A stretch of 64,000 bases of DNA from contig OZ237736.1 of NCBI GenBank assembly GCA_965178125.1, forward strand, positions 1 to 64,000. Direction: 5' to 3'. The translations under genes were made by a program, and so were the position numbers. This document shows positions 1-10,929 of this stretch, in pieces; positions within the stretch are counted from its first letter, which is position 1, and each line of letters starts with the position of its first letter. Below the pieces are notes generated by a model. The model searched no databases. It was given only the letters and a program-made list of their open reading frames with translations, and was not told where the DNA came from. Source of the DNA: Bilabrum cf. latius (Eukaryota).

Positions 1-1405
1 CGCAGGATTTCAGCATGAAAATCTTCAAGGCCCAATATTGGCGCTGCGCGTCAAAAGCGGAACCTGAGGAACATTTGGCCAATGTTGTGGCCCTAGGCCG
101 TCCCAACGCAATTTGAACGGTCTTCATATCTCCTGTGGTTGCCGAGATCGTATCCCGCAGGATTTCAGCATGAAAATCTTCAAGGCCCAATATTGGCGCC
201 GCGCGTCAAAAGCGGAACCTGAGGAACATTTGGCCAATGATGTGGCTCTAGGCCGTCCCAACGCAATTTGAACGGTCTTCATATCTCCTGTGGTTGCCGA
301 GATCGTATCCCGCAGGATTTCAGCATGAAAATCTTCAAGGCCCAATATTGGCGCCGCGCGTCAAAAGCGGAACCTGAGGAACATTTGGCCAATGATGTGG
401 CCCTAGGCCGTCCCAACGCAATTTGAACGGTCTTCATATCTCCTGTGGTTGCCGAGATCGTATCCCGCAGGATTTCAGCATGAAAATCTTCAAGGCCCAA
501 TATTGGCGCCGCGCGTCAAAAGCGGAACCTGAGGAACATTTGGCCAATGATGTGGCTCTAGGCCGTCCCAACGCAATTTGAACGGTCTTCATATCTCCTG
601 TGGTTGCCGAGATCGTATCCCGCAGGATTTCAGCATGAAAATCTTCAAGGCCCAATATTGGCGCCGCGCGTCAAAAGCGGAACCTGAGGAACATTTGGCC
701 AATGATGTGGCCCTAGGCCGTCCCAACGCAATTTGAACGGTCTTCATATCTCCTGTGGTTGCCGAGATCGTATCCCGCAGGATTTCAGCATGAAAATCTT
801 CAAGGCCCAATATTGGCGCCGCGCGTCAAAAGCGGAACCTGAGGAACATTTGGCCAATGTTGTGGCCCTAGGCCGTCCCAACGCAATTTGAACGGTCTTC
901 ATATCTCCTGTGGTTGCCGAGATCGTATCCCGCAGGATTTCAGCATGAAAATCTTCAAGGCCCAATATTGGCGCCGCGCGTCAAAAGCGGAACCTGAGGA
1001 ACATTTGGCCAATGTTGTGGCCCTAGGCCGTCCCAACGCAATTTGAACGGTCTTCATATCTCCTGTGGTTGCCGAGATCGTATCCCGCAGGATTTCAGCA
1101 TGAAAATCTTCAAGGCCCAATATTGGCGCCGCGCGTCAAAAGCGGAACCTGAGGAACATTTGGCCAATGTTGTGGCCCTAGGCCGTCCCAACGCAATTTG
1201 AACGGTCTTCATATCTCCTGTGGTTGCCGAGATCGTATCCCGCAGGATTTCAGCATGAAAATCTTCAAGGCCCAATATTGGCGCCGCGCGTCAAAAGCGG
1301 AACCTGAGGAACATTTGGCCAATGATGTGGCCCTAGGCCGTCCCAACGCAATTTGAACGGTCTTCATATCTCCTGTGGTTGCCGAGATCGTATCCCGCAG
1401 GATTT
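1..1405. repeat. 155-bp tandem satellite, subfamily A (~9 copies; cut by window start)
   Basis: Exact 155-bp periodicity; 1-1466 matches 11461-12926 including SNP order. Confidence 0.98.
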
Positions 1406-1466
1406 TGTCAAAAAGTGAAGATGAAAATATTTTTCCCCGACCCTGTCCCTGACTTTATAATAGATA
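1406..1466 (+). repeat. Conserved ~61-bp cassette 3' terminus (...GAAGATGAAAATATTTTTCCCCGACCCTGTCCCTGACTTTATAATAGATA); also at ~2840-2901, ~6011-6070, 7978-8038, 10419-10479, 12866-12926, 15170-15230
   Basis: Present at the end of all seven arrays, always joined as TAGATA|CCCTAA. Confidence 0.95.
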
Positions 1467-1788
1467 CCCTAACCCTAACCCTAACCCTAACCCTAACCCT
1501 AACCCTAACCCTAACCCTAACCCTAACCCTAACCCTAACCCTAACCCTAACCCTAACCCTAACCCTAACCCTAACCCTAACCCTAACCCTAACCCTAACC
1601 CTAACCCTAACCCTAACCCTAACCCTAACCCTAACCCTAACCCTAACCCTAACCCTAACCCTAACCCTAACCCTAACCCTAACCCTAACCCTAACCCTAA
1701 CCCTAACCCTAACCCTAACCCTAACCCTAACCCTAACCCTAACCCTAACCCTAACCCTAACCCTAACCCTAACCCTACCCTACCCTAA
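1467..1788. repeat. Internal telomeric tract (CCCTAA)n, ~54 units, with two CCCTA variants at the right end
   Basis: Direct reading. Confidence 0.99.
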
Positions 1789-2839
1789 CGCGCGTCAAAA
1801 ACGGAACCTGGGGAACATTTGCCCCATGTTGTGGCCCTAGGCCGTCCCAATGCAATTTGAACGGTCTTCATATCTCCTGTAGTTGCCGAGATCGTATCCC
1901 GCAGGATTTCAGCATGAAAATCTTCAAGGCCCAATATTGGCGCCGCGCGTCAAAAACGGAACCTGGGGAACATTTGCCCCATGTTGTGGCCCTAGGCCGT
2001 CCCAATGCAATTTGAACGGTCTTCATATCTCCTGTAGTTGCCGAGATCGTATCCCGCAGGATTTCAGCATGAAAATCTTCAAGGCCCAATATTGGCGCCG
2101 CGCGTCAAAAACGGAACCTGGGGAACATTTGCCCCATGTTGTGGCCCTAGGCCGTCCCAATGCAATTTGAACGGTCTTCATATCTCCTGTAGTTGCCGAG
2201 ATCGTATCCCGCAGGATTTCAGCATGAAAATCTTCAAGGCCCAATATTGGCGCCGCGCGTCAAAAACGGAACCTGGGGAACATTTGCCCCATGTTGTGGC
2301 CCTAGGCCGTCCCAATGCAATTTGAACGGTCTTCATATCTCCTGTAGTTGCCGAGATCGTATCCCGCAGGATTTCAGCATGAAAATCTTCAAGGCCCAAT
2401 ATTGGCGCCGCGCGTCAAAAACGGAACCTGGGGAACATTTGCCCCATGTTGTGGCCCTAGGCCGTCCCAATGCAATTTGAACGGTCTTCATATCTCCTGT
2501 AGTTGCCGAGATCGTATCCCGCAGGATTTCAGCATGAAAATCTTCAAGGCCCAATATTGGCGCCGCGCGTCAAAAACGGAACCTGGGGAACATTTGCCCC
2601 ATGTTGTGGCCCTAGGCCGTCCCAATGCAATTTGAACGGTCTTCATATCTCCTGTAGTTGCCGAGATCGTATCCCGCAGGATTTCAGCATGAAAATCTTC
2701 AAGGCCCAATATTGGCGCCGCGCGTCAAAAACGGAACCTGGGGAACATTTGCCCCATGTTGTGGCCCTAGGCCGTCCCAATGCAATTTGAACGGTCTTCA
2801 TATCTCCTGTAGTTGCCGAGATCGTATCCCGCAGGATTT
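1789..2839. repeat. 155-bp satellite, subfamily B (~6.8 copies), starts mid-monomer
   Basis: Diagnostic variants acggaacctggggaacatttgccccatgtt / cccaatgc / ctgtagttg. Confidence 0.97.
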
Positions 2840-2901
2840 TGTCAAAATTCGAAGATGAAAATATTTTTTCCCCGACCCTGTCCCTGACTTTATATTAGAT
2901 A

Positions 2902-3277
2902 CCCTAACCCTAACCCTAACCCTAACCCTAACCCTAACCCTAACCCTAACCCTAACCCTAACCCTAACCCTAACCCTAACCCTAACCCTAACCCTAACCC
3001 TAACCCTAACCCTAACCCTAACCCTAACCCTAACCCTAACCCTAACCCTAACCCTAACCCTAACCCTAACCCTAACCCTAACCCTAACCCTAACCCTAAC
3101 CCTAACCCTAACCCTAACCCTAACCCTAACCCTAACCCTAACCCTAACCCTAACCCTAACCCTAACCCTAACCCTAACCCTAACCCTAACCCTAACCCTA
3201 ACCCTAACCCTAACCCTAACCCTAACCCTAACCCTAACCCTAACCCCCTAAACCCAAACCTAAAACCCAAACCAAAC
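2902..3277. repeat. Telomeric tract, 57 perfect units (2902-3243) then degenerate C/A repeats to 3277
   Basis: Direct reading. Confidence 0.98.
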
Positions 3278-3316
3278 AATGGAGCTGGGACGGCCTCTGT
3301 ACGTGCACGCGGAGGC

Positions 3317-4372
3317 ATGGAGGCTGTATTCATAGAGGTGTTCGACATGGCAGTCAAGGACTCTGCCGGGGCTGCAGCAGGAGATCAAGGTGGCTCTTCG
3401 GGAGCCGCTGCTACCTCGCCGAGTGGGGCATCCCGTGCTCGGAAGGGCAAACGGAGTGCCATGGACGACGACGACGATGAGGACGAGGACAACCCCGACA
3501 ACAATGTGAAGGGCCAGAGGGCCTACACGGCCCGGAAAGCACGGGGTGAGCCGGATACAGACGGCTCAGAGTCCAGCGACTCATCGACCGAGCGACTGAA
3601 CAACGATCTTCTCAGAGCCAAGCGAGAGGCGGAGGCCGAGAGAAAGGCCAAGGCAAAGGCCAAGGCAAAGGCCAGGACCAAGGCCGCGGGCAAGTCGAAG
3701 GGCAAGTCGAAGGGCAAGTCGAAGGGCAAGGCGAAGGGCAAGGGTGCACAACCGGCAGAGTCAAAGGGCAAGAAGGCGGCTGAGGCTGAGCCGCGGGCAT
3801 AGAGGCAGCCCGAGCGACCGGCAGTCGTCCAACCAGGCAATGGCAGAGGAGCACGCCGCGCCGTTGAACAGGAGAAAAGGGGAGCAAGTGGCGCAAGGAG
3901 TGGAGCAGCAGCATCACTGCCTCGTCAGGACTCTGACGAAGATGAAGAGGACATCGGTGGTCGGTACCGCGCAGACGCAGCTGGAGAGCAGGACGAGGAC
4001 GACGCTCCAATGGGGTTTGAGCAGCAGGACGAGGAGGATGAGGAGCAGCTGGTTGAGGAAGAAGAAAACGACGGCCAGAACCAGCAAGACGACTCTGACA
4101 ACAACAGTGGAATGGAGGACACCGCCTTCACCGACTAGCAGCGGCACCTGGTGGACCGCATCCTTGCTGCCTGCGATGACAGCGCGATGGGCGTCAGCCG
4201 GACTCTCAAAGACATGCGCGAGGACGTGGAGGCAACAATTGAAGAGAGGGACCGCGAGTTGGAAATGTTCGCAAACCTGATGACGGCCCTCGAGAAGACG
4301 GCGAAAGGAGATCTCAATGCGGCAGACGTCGACGCTGTGGAAGCGCTCCTAGCAGCTTTCGGTGACGAGTGA
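3317..4372 (+). CDS. Element-borne ORF (351 aa from first Met; frame open back to the telomere junction, so probably 5'-truncated); Lys-rich GKSK repeats, acidic tracts, helical C-terminus
   Basis: ORFs 3317-3802 and 4151-4372 share one frame, broken only by TAG at 3800 and 4136; ends TGA. Confidence 0.7.
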
Positions 4373-4624
4373 GAGGCAGGCAGGGGGACGGCAATTGAGG
4401 TCAGTGGCAGCTGGGCCAGCTTGTGAGAGGAGTTTGCCAAAGTGTCTGCCATTGACCCATTCGGACGCAGCATTAGGAGCCGGGAGGCATTCTGTTGAGT
4501 CTTGACGTGTCAACCAGTTAATACCTTAGATCAAAGCAATCCACACAGCAAATACAACTGTCATGTACACCATACCCATTCTACAATTGACAGATAAACC
4601 ATGCATATTGAATAAACATGCAAA

Positions 4625-6010
4625 TCTTCATACACCCATATCGGCGCCGCGCGGCCAGAACGGAACCTGGGGAACATTTGGCCCATGTTGTGCTCCCAGG
4701 CCGTCCCGATGCAGTTTGAACGGTCTTCATATCACCTGTAGTTGCCGAGATCGTAGCACGTCGTTTTTCGGTGTGAAATTCTTCATACACCCATATCGGC
4801 GCCGCGCGGCCAGAACGGAACCTGGGGAACATTTGGCCCATGTTGTGCCCCCAGGCCGTCCCGATGCAGTTTGAACGGTCTTCATATCACCTGTAGTTGC
4901 CGAGATCGTAGCACGTCGTTTTTCGGTGTGAAATTCTTCATACACCCATATCGGCGCCGCGCGGCCAGAACGGAACCTGGGGAACATTTGGCCCATGTTG
5001 TGCCCCCAGGCCGTCCCGATGCAGTTTGAACGGTCTTCATATCACCTGTAGTTGCCGAGATCGTAGCACGTCGTTTTTCGGTGTGAAATTCTTCATACAC
5101 CCATATCGGCGCCGCGCGGCCAGAACGGAACCTGGGGAACATTTGGCCCATGTTGTGCCCCCAGGCCGTCCCGATGCAGTTTGAACGGTCTTCATATCAC
5201 CTGTAGTTGCCGAGATCGTAGCACGTCGTTTTTCGGTGTGAAATTCTTCATACACCCATATCGGCGCCGCGCGGCCAGAACGGAACCTGGGGAACATTTG
5301 GCCCATGTTGTGCCCCCAGGCCGTCCCGATGCAGTTTGAACGGTCTTCATATCACCTGTAGTTGCCGAGATCGTAGCACGTCGTTTTTCGGTGTGAAATT
5401 CTTCATACACCCATATCGGCGCCGCGCGGCCAGAACGGAACCTGGGGAACATTTGGCCCATGTTGTGCCCCCAGGCCGTCCCGATGCAGTTTGAACGGTC
5501 TTCATATCACCTGTAGTTGCCGAGATCGTAGCACGTCGTTTTTCGGTGTGAAATTCTTCATACACCCATATCGGCGCCGCGCGGCCAGAACGGAACCTGG
5601 GGAACATTTGGCCCATGTTGTGCCCCCAGGCCGTCCCGATGCAGTTTGAACGGTCTTCATATCACCTGTAGTTGCCGAGATCGTAGCACGTCGTTTTTCG
5701 GTGTGAAATTCTTCATACACCCATATCGGCGCCGCGCGGCCAGAACGGAACCTGGGGAACATTTGGCCCATGTTGTGCCCCCAGGCCGTCCCGATGCAGT
5801 TTGAACGGTCTTCATATCACCTGTAGTTGCCGAGATCGTAGCACGTCGTTTTTCGGTGTGAAATTCTTCATACACCCATATCGGCGCCGCGCGGCCAGAA
5901 CGGAACCTGGGGAACATTTGGCCCATGTTGTGCCCCCAGGCCGTCCCGATGCAGTTTGAACGGTCTTCATATCACCTGTAGTTACCGAGATCGTAGCACG
6001 TCGTTTTTCG
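4625..6010. repeat. 155-bp satellite, divergent subfamily C (~9 copies)
   Basis: Same length and shared blocks (ggaacctg.ggaacatttg, ggccgtccc, tttgaacggtcttcatatc, gttgccgagatcgta) with a different middle segment. Confidence 0.97.
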
Positions 6011-6070
6011 ACAAATATTGAAGATGAAAATATTTTTTCCCCGACCCTGTCCCTGACTTTATATTAGATA

Positions 6071-6196
6071 CCCTAACCCTAACCCTAACCCTAACCCTAA
6101 CCCTAACCCTAACCCTAACCCTAACCCTAACCCTAACCCTAACCCTAACCCTAACCCTAACCCTAACCCTAACCCTAACCCTAACCCTAACCCTAA
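6071..6196. repeat. Telomeric tract, 21 units
   Basis: Direct reading. Confidence 0.99.
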
Positions 6197-6290
6197 CTTG
6201 AAACCGCCCTGGGTAGGTTTTGAAACCGCCCTGGGTAGGTTTTGAAACCGCCCTGGGTAGGTTTTGAAACCTCCCCCGAGTAGGTTTCAA
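6197..6290. repeat. 22-bp repeat (TTGAAACCGCCCTGGGTAGGTT) x3 plus one variant forming a TTGAAACCT...AGGTTTCAA hairpin; cassette leader
   Basis: Period 22 (GAAACC at 6200, 6222, 6244, 6266); repeated at 8483, 10930, 13383. Confidence 0.93.
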
Positions 6291-8038
6291 TACGCCATAC
6301 TTGCACTGAATGAAGTACAATGAATCTGAGGAACATTTGGCCAATGTTGTGGCCCTAGGCCGTCCCAACGCAATTTGAACGGTCTTCATATCTCCTGTGG
6401 TTGCCGAGATCGTATCCCGCAGGATTTCAGCATGAAAATCTTCAAGGCCCAATATTGGCGCCGTGCGTCAAAAGCGGAACCTGAGGAACATTTGGCCAAT
6501 GTTGTGGCCCTAGGCCGTCCCAACGCAATTTTAACGGTCTTCATATCTCCTGTGGTTGCCGAGATCGTATCCCGCAGGATTTCAGCATGAAAATCTTCAA
6601 GGCCCAATATTGGCGCCGCGCGTCAAAAGCGGAACCTGAGGAACATTTGGCCAATGATGTGGCCCTAGGCCGTCCCAACGCAATTTGAACGGTCTTCATA
6701 TCTCCTGTGGTTGCCGAGATCGTATCCCGCAGGATTTCAGCATGAAAATCTTCAAGGCCCAATATTGGCGCTGCGCGTCAAAAGCGGAACCTGAGGAACA
6801 TTTGGCCAATGTTGTGGCCCTAGGCCGTCCCAACGCAATTTGAACGGTCTTCATATCTCCTGTGGTTGCCGAGATCGTATCCCGCAGGATTTCAGCATGA
6901 AAATCTTCAAGGCCCAATATTGGCGCCGCGCGTCAAAAGCGGAACCTGAGGAACATTTGGCCAATGATGTGGCCCTAGGCCGTCCCAACGCAATTTGAAC
7001 GGTCTTCATATCTCCTGTGGTTGCCGAGATCGTATCCCGCAGGATTTCAGCATGAAAATCTTCAAGGCCCAATATTGGCGCCGCGCGTCAAAAGCGGAAC
7101 CTGAGGAACATTTGGCCAATGATGTGGCTCTAGGCCGTCCCAACGCAATTTGAACGGTCTTCATATCTCCTGTGGTTGCCGAGATCGTATCCCGCAGGAT
7201 TTCAGCATGAAAATCTTCAAGGCCCAATATTGGCGCCGCGCGTCAAAAGCGGAACCTGAGGAACATTTGGCCAATGATGTGGCCCTAGGCCGTCCCAACG
7301 CAATTTGAACGGTCTTCATATCTCCTGTGGTTGCCGAGATCGTATCCCGCAGGATTTCAGCATGAAAATCTTCAAGGCCCAATATTGGCGCCGCGCGTCA
7401 AAAGCGGAACCTGAGGAACATTTGGCCAATGTTGTGGCCCTAGGCCGTCCCAACGCAATTTGAACGGTCTTCATATCTCCTGTGGTTGCCGAGATCGTAT
7501 CCCGCAGGATTTCAGCATGAAAATCTTCAAGGCCCAATATTGGCGCCGCGCGTCAAAAGCGGAACCTGAGGAACATTTGGCCAATGTTGTGGCCCTAGGC
7601 CGTCCCAACGCAATTTGAACGGTCTTCATATCTCCTGTGGTTGCCGAGATCGTATCCCGCAGGATTTCAGCATGAAAATCTTCAAGGCCCAATATTGGCG
7701 CCGCGCGTCAAAAGCGGAACCTGAGGAACATTTGGCCAATGTTGTGGCCCTAGGCCGTCCCAACGCAATTTGAACGGTCTTCATATCTCCTGTGGTTGCC
7801 GAGATCGTATCCCGCAGGATTTCAGCATGAAAATCTTCAAGGCCCAATATTGGCGCCGCGCGTCAAAAGCGGAACCTGAGGAACATTTGGCCAATGATGT
7901 GGCCCTAGGCCGTCCCAACGCAATTTGAACGGTCTTCATATCTCCTGTGGTTGCCGAGATCGTATCCCGCAGGATTTTGTCAAAAAGTGAAGATGAAAAT
8001 ATTTTTCCCCGACCCTGTCCCTGACTTTATAATAGATA
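6197..8038 (+). mobile_element. Type-A cassette: 129-bp leader + ~10.6 x 155 bp + terminus
   Basis: Near-identical copies at 8483-10479, 10930-12926, 13383-15230. Confidence 0.6.
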
Positions 8039-8482
8039 CCCTAACCCTAACCCTAACCCTAACCCTAACCCTAACCCTAACCCTAACCCTAACCCTAACC
8101 CTAACCCTAACCCTAACCCTAACCCTAACCCTAACCCTAACCCTAACCCTAACCCTAACCCTAACCCTAACCCTAACCCTAACCCTAACCCTAACCCTAA
8201 CCCTAACCCTAACCCTAACCCTAACCCTAACCCTAACCCTAACCCTAACCCTAACCCTAACCCTAACCCTAACCCTAACCCTAACCCTAACCCTAACCCT
8301 AACCCTAACCCTAACCCTAACCCTAACCCTAACCCTAACCCTAACCCTAACCCTAACCCTAACCCTAACCCTAACCCTAACCCTAACCCTAACCCTAACC
8401 CTAACCCTAACCCTAACCCTAACCCTAACCCTAACCCTAACCCTAACCCTAACCCTAACCCTAACCCTAACCCTAACCCTAA
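8039..8482. repeat. Telomeric tract, 74 units
   Basis: Direct reading. Confidence 0.99.
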
Positions 8483-10479
8483 CTTGAAACCGCCCTGGGT
8501 AGGTTTTGAAACCGCCCTGGGTAGGTTTTGAAACCGCCCTGGGTAGGTTTTGAAACCTCCCCCGAGTAGGTTTCAATACGCCATACTTGCACTGAATGAA
8601 GTACAATGAATCTGAGGAACATTTGGCCAATGTTGTGGCCCTAGGCCGTCCCAACGCAATTTGAACGGTCTTCATATCTCCTGTGGTTGCCGAGATCGTA
8701 TCCCGCAGGATTTCAGCATGAAAATCTTCAAGGCCCAATATTGGCGCCGTGCGTCAAAAGCGGAACCTGAGGAACATTTGGCCAATGTTGTGGCCCTAGG
8801 CCGTCCCAATGCAATTTTAACGGTCTTCATATCTCCTGTGGTTGCCGAGATCGTATCCCGCAGGATTTCAGCATGAAAATCTTCAAGGCCCAATATTGGC
8901 GCCGCGCGTCAAAAGCGGAACCTGAGGAACATTTGGCCAATGATGTGGCCCTAGGCCGTCCCAACGCAATTTGAACGGTCTTCATATCTCCTGTGGTTGC
9001 CGAGATCGTATCCCGCAGGATTTCAGCATGAAAATCTTCAAGGCCCAATATTGGCGCTGCGCGTCAAAAGCGGAACCTGAGGAACATTTGGCCAATGTTG
9101 TGGCCCTAGGCCGTCCCAACGCAATTTGAACGGTCTTCATATCTCCTGTGGTTGCCGAGATCGTATCCCGCAGGATTTCAGCATGAAAATCTTCAAGGCC
9201 CAATATTGGCGCCGCGCGTCAAAAGCGGAACCTGAGGAACATTTGGCCAATGATGTGGCTCTAGGCCGTCCCAACGCAATTTGAACGGTCTTCATATCTC
9301 CTGTGGTTGCCGAGATCGTATCCCGCAGGATTTCAGCATGAAAATCTTCAAGGCCCAATATTGGCGCCGCGCGTCAAAAGCGGAACCTGAGGAACATTTG
9401 GCCAATGATGTGGCCCTAGGCCGTCCCAACGCAATTTGAACGGTCTTCATATCTCCTGTGGTTGCCGAGATCGTATCCCGCAGGATTTCAGCATGAAAAT
9501 CTTCAAGGCCCAATATTGGCGCCGCGCGTCAAAAGCGGAACCTGAGGAACATTTGGCCAATGATGTGGCTCTAGGCCGTCCCAACGCAATTTGAACGGTC
9601 TTCATATCTCCTGTGGTTGCCGAGATCGTATCCCGCAGGATTTCAGCATGAAAATCTTCAAGGCCCAATATTGGCGCCGCGCGTCAAAAGCGGAACCTGA
9701 GGAACATTTGGCCAATGATGTGGCCCTAGGCCGTCCCAACGCAATTTGAACGGTCTTCATATCTCCTGTGGTTGCCGAGATCGTATCCCGCAGGATTTCA
9801 GCATGAAAATCTTCAAGGCCCAATATTGGCGCCGCGCGTCAAAAGCGGAACCTGAGGAACATTTGGCCAATGTTGTGGCCCTAGGCCGTCCCAACGCAAT
9901 TTGAACGGTCTTCATATCTCCTGTGGTTGCCGAGATCGTATCCCGCAGGATTTCAGCATGAAAATCTTCAAGGCCCAATATTGGCGCCGCGCGTCAAAAG
10001 CGGAACCTGAGGAACATTTGGCCAATGTTGTGGCCCTAGGCCGTCCCAACGCAATTTGAACGGTCTTCATATCTCCTGTGGTTGCCGAGATCGTATCCCG
10101 CAGGATTTCAGCATGAAAATCTTCAAGGCCCAATATTGGCGCCGCGCGTCAAAAGCGGAACCTGAGGAACATTTGGCCAATGTTGTGGCCCTAGGCCGTC
10201 CCAACGCAATTTGAACGGTCTTCATATCTCCTGTGGTTGCCGAGATCGTATCCCGCAGGATTTCAGCATGAAAATCTTCAAGGCCCAATATTGGCGCCGC
10301 GCGTCAAAAGCGGAACCTGAGGAACATTTGGCCAATGATGTGGCCCTAGGCCGTCCCAACGCAATTTGAACGGTCTTCATATCTCCTGTGGTTGCCGAGA
10401 TCGTATCCCGCAGGATTTTGTCAAAAAGTGAAGATGAAAATATTTTTCCCCGACCCTGTCCCTGACTTTATAATAGATA
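8483..10479 (+). mobile_element. Type-A cassette (~11.6 monomers)
   Basis: Leader + array + terminus. Confidence 0.6.
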
Positions 10480-10929
10480 CCCTAACCCTAACCCTAACCC
10501 TAACCCTAACCCTAACCCTAACCCTAACCCTAACCCTAACCCTAACCCTAACCCTAACCCTAACCCTAACCCTAACCCTAACCCTAACCCTAACCCTAAC
10601 CCTAACCCTAACCCTAACCCTAACCCTAACCCTAACCCTAACCCTAACCCTAACCCTAACCCTAACCCTAACCCTAACCCTAACCCTAACCCTAACCCTA
10701 ACCCTAACCCTAACCCTAACCCTAACCCTAACCCTAACCCTAACCCTAACCCTAACCCTAACCCTAACCCTAACCCTAACCCTAACCCTAACCCTAACCC
10801 TAACCCTAACCCTAACCCTAACCCTAACCCTAACCCTAACCCTAACCCTAACCCTAACCCTAACCCTAACCCTAACCCTAACCCTAACCCTAACCCTAAC
10901 CCTAACCCTAACCCTAACCCTAACCCTAA
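10480..10929. repeat. Telomeric tract, 75 units
   Basis: Direct reading. Confidence 0.99.

Larger units (their letters stand above)
3278..6070 (+). mobile_element. Putative 5'-truncated telomere-associated element: ORF + 3' spacer + subfamily C array + conserved terminus
   Basis: Flanked by telomeric tracts and shares the terminus with the other cassettes; no RT visible. Confidence 0.5.

Noticed and set aside
6308-6350. Hammerhead ribozyme in the monomer (CTGAGGA followed by an ACATT..AATGT hairpin)
   Set aside because: No GAAA after the putative stem II, and subfamilies B and C read CTGGGGA. A non-canonical ribozyme is not excluded without a covariance search.
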